Shown: piece after piece, positions 1-11,736 of the stretch
How the letters are laid out: each line of letters starts with the position of its first letter
How positions within the stretch are numbered: the first letter of the stretch is position 1
Assembly: GCA_043228905.1 (NCBI GenBank)
Contig: JBHGNT010000003.1
Span: 16,864,001-16,928,000, forward strand
Reading direction: 5' to 3'
Length of the DNA stretch: 64,000 bases
From: Azolla caroliniana
Taxonomy: Eukaryota > Plantae > Polypodiophyta
The notes under the pieces: generated by a model
What the model was told of the DNA's origin: nothing
Database searches by the model: none
Seen by the model: the letters and a program-made list of their open reading frames with translations, nothing else
Made by a program: the position numbers and the translations under genes

Positions 1-546
1 ATATCCAGCAGTGACACGGAAATTGCGACATGTCACCACGACAGAACGGGGACTTGTCAACCCATACCAAAAACCTCAACGACTTATGATGCGCCTAATC
101 AAAATGTTCTCTATAGAAGGAGATTGGATGTTAGACTTGTTTTCTGGCACAAGTATTCCTCGAACTAGGTTTATGTTGTTGAGATAATCAATACTGATTC
201 TTTTTTGTTTGAAAATTAATTCTTCTTGTCACTTTCTTCACAGGGACAACGTCTACATGTGTATTGAAGCTCTTCTGAAACATTGTTGAATTGGAGAATG
301 ACGAGGAGCGGGTTATATTTATAAATATGAGGATTAAGGCCTTGTGGGAATGCCCAGACCAGGACAAGGAGGTCGGTGCAAAGCACATTGCTGATACCGA
401 AAGGTTTCAACCTACTTCACGAGAGCCTATTCCTCCGTTAGCCGGGGAAGCTAATTGAGCTTGATGATGAGCTTATAGAAGATCTTATGGTGGCTTGGCT
501 AACAAGGGAAGACAATGCACTTATAGCCGAAGTATCATAGACACAA

Positions 547-616
547 TGGAATGTAGGGGGTTGAACCCATGACCTCCTAGTCTTATTGGACAACCTTACC
601 AATTGAGCTACATCCA
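547..616 (-). other. tRNA-like Pol III A-box/B-box module inside the Ty3 LTR
   Basis: Minus strand reads TGGATG-TAGCTCAATTGG-TAAGGTTGTCCAATAAGACTAGGAGGTCATG-GGTTCAACCCC-CTACATTCCA. A and B boxes have tRNA-like spacing. No clean anticodon arm. Confidence 0.65.
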
Positions 617-675
617 TCTATGCATTATTGTATTGTAATATAAGTTTCAACTTATTACATTCTATGTTAATCACT

Positions 676-695
676 AGAACTTTCAAGAAACTTCT
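676..695 (+). promoter_or_regulatory. Perfect 4-unit heat-shock element in the LTR U3
   Basis: aGAActTTCaaGAAacTTCt, about 90 nt upstream of the TATA box at 782. A partial HSE-like unit follows (tctaGAAgtTTC, ~719-730). Confidence 0.6.
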
Positions 696-1013
696 AGCGA
701 ATGCATCTTCATGCACGCTCTAGAAGTTTCCATGCACTCTCTAGATGTTTCCTAGCTTTCATGCATACTACCACATTCTTGTATAAATACTTCGGTGCAC
801 CTTGATTACAATCAAGGTGAACAACACCAATTACGGAAGCATAATTTAGTTCGTTCTCTTTTGTCTACCTTCTCTCTCTCTTGTTCTCTCGTCTATGATG
901 TCTCTCTATCTATATATCTATCTTACGCTCTCTCTTAATATTTAGCTCGCCTACTTATCCCTGTCATGGTCTACCCGTCCGTGATATTTTGTTCACCTTC
1001 CCTTCTTGTTACC

Positions 1014-2260
1014 ATGTCCGACTTGGCCTTAAGCCAAGTAATGGCAGCCTTGGAACAACTTAAATTAGAAAATTAAAGCCTTCGTCAATCATTACGGGAG
1101 CTTTAAAATAGCACAGCCAACAACCCTCCACCCGTTGAGCCTCACCTTCCGTTAGCACCTAACCCAACCCCTTCCTCTTCCCATTTATATGTCCTCGAAC
1201 CTAACGTCAGCCTATTTGACAAATTCAACGGCTCGAGGGCGCATCTTTGTGGCTTCATCAATCAAATTTGGCTTATCATCCGCTTACAACCCCAACGTTA
1301 TGCTAGCGATTTCTCTCGGGTTGCCCTCGTTGGCACGCTTCTCTTGGGGCTAGCACAAGCGTTGTTTGCACCATTGATCGAGACCTCATCCCCACTCTTA
1401 GACAATTTTCCTGCCTTCTTGTAGAGCTTGAAGCCACATTTGGAGAGACAGATCGACGACGAACAACACTCACGAAACTCTATACCTTACAACAAGGCTC
1501 TCGTCCAACTTCCGTCTATGCTTCAGAGTTTCGTCAGATCATGTGCGATGTCAATTGTGATGACCAAGCTTTATGCGACCAGTTTCGTCGAGGCCTCAGA
1601 AATGATGTCAAGACTCTTCTCTTAAACTTTCCGGAGCCCACATCATTGTCCTAGGTAATCTCCCAAGCTGTTCATGTGATAATTTTCTTTTCGAGCTACG
1701 ACAAGAGGAACGTGGGACTCGAGGCTTTCCGTCTTCCTCCCACAATGCTCCACTCACAAGGCCATATATATCAGTTTTGCCAAGCATGCCATGGTTGCCA
1801 TCTTCCAATGATACTCATACCCCGATGGAGGTCGACCCCCGTACCCCAATGGAGATTGACAATGCTCGGTTCCAACCATTAACCGATGTCCAACGACAAC
1901 ATCGACGTGACAATGGCCTCTACCTCTATTGTGATACCCCCACCCATGTCATTCGCCATTGCCCGATGCACAACCCTCATCATCAATCCCACCGTGCACG
2001 TCTTGCAGAGGTTTCTCGACAACAAGAAAACGATCATGCATGTCTTACGGAGGTTTCTGGACAACAGGAAAACAAGAAAGTATGGCTACAATAGGAGCCA
2101 TGCCGCTGGACATTTCCCATCGCCCTACTTCTCTATGCTCCTACAATTCAATCACGCCAGCAGGAGGTTTTACTTTTCAAGTCTTTGTTTTGGGTCTATT
2201 TCAATAAAATCCCATGCCTTGCTCGATTCTGGTGCATCGACTTGTTTCATCGATATCGCA
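1014..2260 (+). pseudogene. Degenerate Ty3/gypsy gag and start of protease (Tcn1/PEG10-like)
   Basis: Translations include DKFNGSRAHLCGFINQI, PMEVD/PMEID, a zinc knuckle (YLYCDTPTHVIRHCP) and the protease motif ALLDSGASTCFID. Contains stops and frameshifts. Cut at 2260 by a copia insertion. Confidence 0.85.
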
Positions 2261-2309
2261 TGTAAAGAAATGAAGAGGCAAGAGTGGTTGTAATGCAACA
2301 GAAGATGAG

Positions 2310-2389
<80 letters not shown>

Positions 2390-5300
2390 CAAATGAGAGA
2401 GAGAGATAGTGAGAGCTTAAGACAGAGATAATCAAACTGTATATTACATAAGACTTCCAACAGTCACTAAGTTACAATGAGTTGGTTTATATACCAACTA
2501 AGCTAGGGCAAGCGCCCTTTCTGCTATTTACAAAACTAGCCTGGTATGTCCATGGGTTAGTGTGAACCTATTCCTATGGGAAGTTGAGTTTGATTCTCAA
2601 CACACCCCTTCGAACACAACTTCCATCTGTTCGGTTTGAAGTTCGGCGTACATATTTGCGTATCAATGCGTACTCTGCGTACTCCCCCTCAAGCTCGGCA
2701 ATGTAGGCGGCATGAGACCAAGATCCGATGCAAATTGCCGGAGCTTGTCTACTCCTAAGGCCTTCGTAAATATACCAGCAACCTGAAGGTGTGTGTTGAT
2801 ATGTTGGAGATCGATTTCCCCGGCTTGTACGCGCTCGCGAATGAAGTGGTAGTGCACTTCGATGTGTTTAGTCTGTGCGTGAAAAACGGGGTTGCGCGGC
2901 AAGTAGATACTGCTCATGTTGTCGCAGTACAAGCATATTGGATCTTTGATGGGAACGCGCAGATCCTTCAGTACGCGCTTAAGCCATACGGCTTCACATG
3001 TGGCGACTACTGCACCCCTGTATTCGGCTTATGTGCTCGATAGTGCGACTGTCGGCTATTTCTTGCTACTCCAGGAGATCGCTCCACTTCCGAGGGAGAA
3101 GACGAATCCGGATGTGGATCATCTATCTACTTTGTATCCTGCCCAATCCGTGTCTGTGTACCCTCCAAGTCGAACTGTCGTATTCGACTTATATAAAATG
3201 TCGTGATCCATTGTCGTACTAACATACTGTAGTACCCTCTTAGCACAATCGAGATGAAGGTTACGCGGATTCTACATGAATTGACTAAGTAGGCCGACCG
3301 AATAACTTAGGTCGGGTCGCGTAATGGTGAGATAGATCAAGCTATCGATCAGTTGGCGATACTGAGTCGGTTCAATCTCGGTCGTGCCGGAACTGGCATC
3401 AATCTTGATATTGCGATCAAGAGGGGTACTCACAGGTTTGCACTCTATCATTCCGAATTTGTAAAGTAAGTTGAGGATGTAGTGCCGTTGTGAGATCATT
3501 ATCCCGACTGGTGTCCGAATTACTTCAATACCTAGGAAGTAATGAAGTTCGTGCAAGTCTTTCATTTCGAATCTGCCAAAAAGAAGTGATTTAACTTTGT
3601 TAATCTCGGCGAGATCCTTTCCTCCGATGACCAAATCATCCACGTACAAGATGATGATTATCAGGCTATCCGACTGTTATCGTTGCGGATGTACAGGGAA
3701 GTGTCGGATTTTGACATCCGAAATCCGACTTGATGAAGATATTGCGTGATCTTCGAATGCCAAGCACGCGGTGCTTGTTTGAGGCCGTGGTGTGCGGATG
3801 TTTACGTGATTCAAATACGGGTTGTATCATATAAACTTCTTCTTCTAGCTCTCCTTGGAGGAAGGCATTTTTCACATCCATCTGGTGGAGGTGCCACCCT
3901 TTCGCTGCGGCGAGTGCAATTACGATTCGTACTGTTGTCATCTTTGCCACCGGGGCAAAGGTTTCTACGTAGTCTACACCGTGTGTTTGCGCGTATCCTT
4001 ATGCAACGAGCCGTGTTTTGAAGCAATTTACAGAGCCGTTGGTATTATGTTTCACTTTGTAAATCCACCTACAACCAATCGTTTTCTTGTTCGGGGGATG
4101 AGGAACGAGATCCCATGTCTCATTTTTACATAACGCTTCCATTTCCTCATTCATCGCATTAACCCATCGCGGATCCTTCACGGCTTCAGAAAGCGTTTCT
4201 GGCTCCCGTACTGACACTACCTTGATCATGAAGGCATAATGATACGCTAAGTACTCGTCATAACCGTAGCGGTTTATGGGGTTCTTCTCACACGTAGATC
4301 GACGTGGCTTGTCGTTTGCAGACTCTAGAGGTTTCTTCACGCTGTCCGTGTGAATGTCAAGGCCTTCAAACTCATTGTCAAGATCGAAATGATCTTCGTA
4401 TTCTTGCATTTTCGCCTTGCCTTTGTCTAGCTTTGGACTTGGCCGAAATGTGCTTTTATCACTTGGGGGCTCTTGCGGTCCACTCAGTCGTGTCGTAGTT
4501 GGGCTGTCTTCGAACATCTGTGTGAGCCGATCCTCGACTTCTATTCTTATTTCGGTGTCATCCGCGTCGAGCGGAGTCAAAGTATTCTCTGGTGCGTACC
4601 AAGATGTGGACTCATCGAAGACTACGTCTCGACTTATGCGAACTTTTCGAATAGATGGGTTGTAGCATTTGTACCCCTTTTGTTCGAGCGAGTATCTCAC
4701 GAGGATACTTTTCTCCGACTTTGGATCAAGCTTTTGCCGCGTATTGTCGGGAATGTGTACATAGGCGATTGAGCCGAAAATGCGGACATGCGATAAGTTC
4801 GGCTTCTTCCCGAAAAACTTCTCATGCGGAGTTATGTCGTGTACTCCTGAGGTTGTGCACCTGTTCATGAGATATACGGCTGTATTTGCCACTTCTGCCC
4901 AGTATGATTTCGGCAAGTTCTTCTCATTCATCATAGCTCGCGCGACTTCGACTATGTGCTTGTTTTTCCGCTCTGCTACGCCGTTTTGCTAAGCCGTATG
5001 TCGGCACGAAAACTCTCGTTGGATTCCTTCTTTTTGGAGATACTTTGTGAACTCATTCGAAAAGTATTCTTTACCTCTGTCTAATTGAAGGCAGCGTACA
5101 TGACGGCCCATAGCTTTTTCTACTTTGGCTTTGAACTTCTGTAAGTGTCTGAACACTTCGCTCTTCTATCTCATTGGGTAGATCCAGGTGTTCCTAGAGA
5201 AGTCGTCGATGAGCGTGACATAGTATCGGCATGCGCCGAATGTAGTTGTTTGGGTTGGTTCCCATACATCTGAATGTATTACATCCAGGATCCCTTTGCT

Positions 5301-7002
5301 CACATTCCACTCATTAGGGAATGGGTGACGGCGTTGCTTTCCAAATTGGTATGCTTCGCACACGCCCGTGATCTCCTTTGCCGTAAAGTTCGGAAGTCCG
5401 ATTACGACTCCTTTCGTCTACATGTTCTGAAGCTTCTGGAGATTAATGTGGCCGATCCTCTTGTGCCACAATTTCAAGTTAGTTTTGACTTTCTGGCCCT
5501 TTGCGTACATGGCCGACTTTACCTCGCTCGACTCGAGGATGAACATACGGCCTTCACAATGGTCGTGGGCTACGATTCGATCGCCTTTTTCGATAAAACA
5601 ACCATCATTGTTGAATCGTACTTGCATTCCCTGTTCAACAATCCAACCTACTGAGATCAGGTTCTTTGTGATTGTTGGGACATGCAACACGTTCTTGAGG
5701 TAAGTCTGGTCCCCGTCATTTCCGAATGGGACATTCCCGATATGTTGTATTGAATGATTCATGTCATCGCCAGTCTCGACATATCCGAGTTGATCGGGTT
5801 TACGCAGTTCCCGGAAACAATCTTCATGAGATGTCATATGGTTGGACGCACCCGAGTCAACAAACCATACACTATTTGAGGCGGAGGCGCTAGTTGAAGC
5901 CTATGCGGACATTGAGTGTGCTTTATGCCTCATTACGAACATTCCGCCACGATCGTCATAGTCAGAATTTGTTGCATAGTTCGTGAGTTGTCGGCCTACC
6001 TCACGTTTCTTCTTCTGGCACTCTTCTTCGTAGTGGCTGGGTTTTCCGCAGTACCCGCACTCAACTAGGTTTTGGCGATTGCTCAGTCCGGCGTTATGAC
6101 TCCCCCTTCTGCCAAGTTCTCTGGGCCTGTTCCTGTCTGCTTGCCACTGGTGGGAGTTACGCCCTTGATTCCGTCGATCATTATGGCCTTGTCCGAAATG
6201 ACCTCTTTTTCCACGACCGAAATCTCTTCTATTATCCGACTGGGAGTAGAGAAAATGACCATTTGATGCGTTGCTCCTCTATTGGGCATGATTCTCTTCG
6301 ACCAGTAATATCTATTGAAGGTCGAAGAAGCAGGGAGGGTTCTCCCTTGCAAGAATGGCTAATCTAATCGCGCCGAAACGTGGTGCTAAGCCTCCGAGGC
6401 ATATCTACACAAGTTCGTCATCATCGATAACGACGTTGATCGATCCGAGGGCGTCACATAGCTCCTTGATCTTCAAGGTATAGCTTGAGATTGACATGTC
6501 CCTTTGTTGGATGCTATTTAGCTCCTGACGAAGCTGGAGCTTGTGTGCGGCCGTGTTGGCTGCGAAAATCTTTTTGAGATTTTCCCACGCCTGCTTCGGC
6601 ATTTTTGCCTCTCGAATGTAGCCAAGCATATGATCATGAACGCATGATGCTAGACAATACAACACATGGCTCGCGGCCTGCTCCCAAACGGGATAGTCGG
6701 CGTGTGTTGGGTTGGGTTGTGTTTCGTGAGCTCCTTCAATGTAGCTCCAGTAACCTTGTCCGACAAGGTATTGATGCATCTTGTACTCCCAAGATGCAAA
6801 GTTCATTCTGTCGAGCTTCTCCGTAGGAAGAGCGCTTCCCATCTGAGTGTTCATGGTGATTTCTTCTTCTGTTGATTAACCGGTTCTGTTGATCGTCGGC
6901 GTGCAGCACAACACAATTGAATAGGCGTGATCAGACAACCACACGCTCTGATACTATGTAAAGAAATGAAGAGGCAAGAGTGGTTGTAATGCAGCGGAAG
7001 AT

Positions 7003-7047
<45 letters not shown>

Positions 7048-7197
7048 AACAGATGAGAGAGGGAGTGAGTGAGTGAGAGCTTAAGACAGAGATAATCAAA
7101 TTGTATATTACATAAGACTTCCCATAGTCACTAAGTTACAATGAGTTAGTTTATATACCAACTAAGCTAGGGCAAGCACCCTTTCTACTATTTACAA
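2261..7197 (-). mobile_element. Ty1/copia element A (degenerate gag-PR-INT-RT-RH)
   Basis: 3' LTR 2261-2602 (TGT...ACA) with PPT aaggggtg. 5' LTR 6957-7197 is truncated. Mutated tRNA-iMet PBS (tagtatcagagc) at 6945-6956. ORF fragments: Gag KLDRMNFASWEYKM, PR FVDSGASNHMT, INT HSDVW...[19 protein letters not shown] and YVDD, RH YCDNMSSI...KHIEVHYHFIRE. Confidence 0.95.
2308..2387. repeat. (GT)n microsatellite inside the copia A LTR; shorter copy at ~7005-7046
   Basis: Read directly: about 40 units in the 3' LTR versus about 21 in the 5' LTR. Confidence 0.95.
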
Positions 7198-10100
7198 TGA
7201 AGAAGAATCTATGTATGCATGAGCAAGATAGACACAAAGGGAGAGATAGAGATAGAGAGGCACAAAGGATACGTTATATTCCAAATAGCAATTGTTACAA
7301 CAATGACAAGAACAACAACCTTCACTAAAGGTTACAAAGTCACTTTATATAGTGACTATCCTAGGGCAACTACCCTTTATGTTATTTACAGAAATAGCTC
7401 GAACTTGGGTTGTCCAAAGGGACAGTGTGAATACAGCCATTATACGCTTGTATTCGACACTCCCCCGTAATGGGCATATACATGGGTTATCTTAAAGAAT
7501 TACAGGTATATATACAAGGTTTATTGGACAGATCGGTTTTGTTAGAGTCGGCAAGATCCAAAGACAAAAGACCGAATTGGTCGGGTCGGAAGAGCTAAAG
7601 TCGATCCTCAGAGAACCGATGTTGGTGGCCCAAAACCGTCCTGTGTGGTGCCGAAGGGACCGGAAACGATCAGCCGAAAGACACTTGGTCATTCCATCTG
7701 CAACATTATTGGTTGTGGATATCTTCTCTAGACCGATTTTCCCTGAAATGACGCAGCCCCGAACGAAGTGATATCGAACGTCGATATGCTTGGAGGCGTT
7801 GTGGTGAACCGGGTTTTTTGACAAAGCAACAACACCCTGACTATCGCTTTAGAGCATTGGAGCCGAGTCGGAGTCGACCTATCGAAACGTGTGCGCCAGC
7901 CGACCGAGCCATAAAGCTTCTTTTGCCGCGTCGAACGCCGCTACATATTCCGCTTCGGTCGTTGAGGTGGTTGTGCACTCCCGAAGTTTCGACTTCCACC
8001 AGATTGCTCCATTGCCGAATTTGAAACAGTATCCGGTTGTTGATTTCCGACTGTCCACACAACTGGTGAAGTCCGAGTCGGTGTAACCGACTATGCCTAA
8101 GGTTGAGTTCGGGCCGAAAAGAATGTCGTGGTCTTTTGTGCCAGCTAGATATTTGAACACATGCTTGATTGCTTCCCAGTGCAATCGGTCGGGGTTGTGC
8201 ATGAATCTGCTGACGACTCCTATGGTGTGAGAAATATCAGGTTGTGCCACGACCATCGCGTACATAAGGGAGCTGACTGCCAGTGCATACGGTACCGACT
8301 TCATATCTTCCCCCTCTGAACCGGATGACGGGCAGTCTCGCTGAGATAGCCAAAGGTTAATGGGGAGCAGGGTCGAAGCATACTTGGCTGAGTGCATGTT
8401 GAAGCATTCCAAGACATGTCCAATGTAGTCGGTTTGAGACAAAAAAAGTTGTCGTTTATCATGATGCCAACTAATCTTCATACCAAGTATGTGTCTTACC
8501 GGACCAAGGTCCTTCATGGCAAACTTCAATCGCAGTTTCCGAACGAGTTCGGTGAGCTCTCCGGCATGCCGGCCGGAGAGGAGCATATCGTCCACGTAGA
8601 TGATGAGGAAGACGAGAGACCCGTCTTGAGTTGTTTTGGTGAAGAGACAATGGTCCTCATCGCTCTTTGAGAAGCCGACCTATTGGATGAAGTCGTCGAA
8701 CTTCTTGTACCACTGTCAGGGTGCCTATTTGAGGCCGTAGAGACTCTTCCTGAGTCGGCAAACTAGATGTTCCTGGCCGGATGCCAGAAAGCCTTTCGGC
8801 TACTCCATATAGATTTCCTCCTGTAGGTCACCATGGAGGAATGCCGTTTTTACGTCTAGCTGAATCAACTCCAAGTTGTTGGCGGCCACGACGCCGAGCA
8901 TGAAACGAAGGGTCGTCATTTTTACCATTGGTGAAAAGATTTCGTCGAAGTCGACACCATATTCTTATCGGAATCCCTTCGCAACTAATCTGGCCTTGTA
9001 CTTTGGGTTGGTTGAGTCGGACGTCTCTTTTAGTCGATAGACCCACTTACATGGAAGAACACGTCAATTCTTCGGTAATTTGACCAAGTCCCAAGTCTTG
9101 TTTGCCCAAATGGAGTGCATTTCCGACTCCATCGCCAGATGCCATGTGGCTGAATCGGAAGATGCCGATGCTTCTTCATAAGACGTCGGTTCACCGGTGT
9201 CGGTAAAGAAAATTCTGGAGGTTGCGACAGTCTCTCGGATCTTCAAGGTATGACTGGATTGGTCGCATCGAGTATAGGTGTTAGATGGTCAAAAGCCGAG
9301 CCACTCGGTTGTGCTGAATCGGTGGATTCAGTGCGGGAGGTGTCGGTTACCCATGAAACCGATCCCGTGTTGTGGGTTGGGCCTTCATGAAGGGTTGGCA
9401 CTTCGGAGAATATTACCCTTCGGACTTCAATAGACCTTTCGGCCGTTTTATGCATAGTCGACTCATTGAACACGACATCCGAACTTCAGACGATTTGTCT
9501 GTGCTCGGGGTCCCAGAGTCGGTATCCGATCTCGCCGTCAGGTTCATACCCAAGGAAAACACATTTCCTTGATCTTGGTTCAAGTTTCCCGCGATCGTCT
9601 TTCGGTATGAGGGTGTATGCCTCGCAACCGAAGATCCTCAGCTTGTCATAATTCGGCTTACTGCCGGTCCATATTTCCTGAGGTATTTGAAGTCCTCGAG
9701 ATCAACTTGGCGACATATTTATTATGTGTACTGCCGTAAGTAGAGCCTCCGCCCAAAAGCCATCCAACAGTCCGGAGTGTTGGAGCATGGATACTACGCA
9801 TTCTTGAATCGTCTGATTCATGCATTCTGCAATTCCGTTCTGCTCCGGACTATGGGGTGTCGTATATTCACGTCGAATGCCGCGTTCCCGGCAAAATTTG
9901 ACGAATTCGTCGGATTTGAATTCTCCTCCGTTGTCGGTTCGGAGACATTTCAGTTTTCGACTGGTCTGATTTTCGACCATTGCAAGCCATTCGGAGAAGA
10001 TCGAGAACACTCGATCTTTGGTTCTGATGGGGTAAGCCCACACCTTCCGAGTCGAGTCGTCAATAAAACTGACGAAGTACGAAGCACCTCCGAGAGACTG

Positions 10101-11736
10101 ATGTGGCATCGGACCACAGACGTCCGAGTGGACCAAATCGAGGGGACTCGATTCCCTCGGTGCTGATGTCGAATGTGATGCGGCTAAATGTTTGCCATAT
10201 TGGCAATGCTCGCAAAATTGGTGATCCGAGAAGGAGAGCTTGGGGATGTAACCAGCTTTGGATAGGTGCGTTATGTTGGCCTTGCTGAGGTGTCCAAGTC
10301 GTCCGTGCCATAACGATGACACGGGGATATCAACGAAAAATAAGTCACCCTCTTTGAGTGTGACATATAAGGGGTACAAAGAGTGTACCTTCGGTCCTCG
10401 AGCAAGCAGGAGGTTCCCTTTGTGGAGTGTCCACCCTCCTGATGAGAATCCGGCACGGATGCCGACTTCGTCAAGTTGTCCGACTGAGATCAAGGGCCTT
10501 GAGAGCTCAAGAACGTGTCAGACGTTGTGTCGTACGAGTGTAGAGCCACCCAGAAGGTTGAGCTCTACGATGCCGATTCCGATTATAGCACAGTGCTACG
10601 AGTTTCCGACTCGAACTGAGTCGGAGTGCCAGTCCGAGTATTGCCGAAACTGAGATCAGTGAGGTGTCACATGATACGATGCGCCCGAGTCCAGGAGCCA
10701 TGTGCTCGATTCCTCAGTCGTAACAGAAGTTGAAGTTCGAACCGTCGAACCTCCTTAGACTCATCTCCGAAGAGCCGGATGTTGATGCCATCTGATTCGG
10801 TTTTGGTTGGGAAGACTCGTTTCGGAGTTGACTACAAACCGTAGTGGGGTGCAGCCACTCGGCTCACCTGATATCGTTCTAGTCGGTTTTGAACCCGAGT
10901 CGGTTTGGTTTCAATACTTGTTGTTGAACCTGCTCGAAGTGACTCCGCTAACTTGTGGGACAGAACCAGTTGGTCTTCCCGAATGTTGCCGAGTCGAAGT
11001 GAGCTCGGTTAGCTTCCGATTGTATGCCAAATACCGATTACGCGAAACCAATTGTTTGGGCTGATTTTGCTTCGGATGACTACAGCGATGAGAGGGACGG
11101 ATCCAACTGATCCTCCCGAATGTCGATCAGCCGAGTGAAGCACGAGTGGTTGTTGCCGGGAGACCAATCTGCAGCGGGTGAATAGCGTCCGATGAAGCAC
11201 GATTGGGTCGGTTGTTGCTCAAGGAGCTACCCTCAAGCGATTACAATCACAGGAACAGAGTACGACTGATTGGCTTACTCCAATTTGTGATTTAACACAG
11301 TGAGATGCGAGCTCTTCGTCTTTTTCTTCTCCCTTCTCTATTCTTCAAAGAAAACGAAAACAGAATGTTGTGTTGTGCGATGACGGCCGGCAGCAGGTTC
11401 AAGAACCTCCAACGCTCTGATACCAAATGTTGGGGACAAGGCCGTCAATGCGGAAGTGCAAGCAACATTCGTGATGAAGAAGAACCTGTGTATGCATGAG
11501 CAAGATAGACACAGAGGGAGAGATAGAGAGAGAGAGGCAAAAAGGATACGTTATATTCCAAATAGCAATTGTTACAACAATGACAAGAACAACAACCTTC
11601 ACTAAAGGTTACAAAGTCACTTTATATAGTGACTATCCTAGGGCAACTGCCCTTTATGCTATTTACAGAAATAGCCCGAACTTGGGCTATCCAAAGGGAC
11701 AGTGTGAATACGGCCATTATATGCTCGTATTCGACA
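7197..11736 (-). mobile_element. Ty1/copia element B1 (Tnt1/Tork-like), gag deleted
   Basis: 5' LTR 11428-11736. PBS tggtatcagagc at 11414-11425. 3' LTR 7197-7459 lacks its last ~47 nt. PPT gggggag. INT (HSDVCGPM, RTDNGGEF), RT (YVDD) and RH (GYTDSDF) present. Same family as 48165-53825. Confidence 0.95.

Larger units (their letters stand above)
533..986 (+). mobile_element. 5' LTR of a Ty3/gypsy chromovirus (Tcn1/Tf1-like) element
   Basis: Degenerate termini tatcatag (533) and ccgtgata (986), consistent with TGTCAYGG/CCRTGACA. TATAAATA at 782. Followed directly by a PBS-like 11-mer and the gag ATG at 1014. No 3' LTR is present in the window, so the boundaries are inferred. Confidence 0.65.

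Noticed and set aside
547-616. Functional tRNA genes at 547-616, 38236-38306 and 45519-45589
   Set aside because: Anticodon, T and acceptor stems do not all pair. Reported as tRNA-like modules only.
2170-2460. ORFs with HTHTHT runs; also ERERER, SLSLSL and MYVC runs at 17162-17566 and 56477-56701
   Set aside because: These are translations of microsatellites, not proteins.
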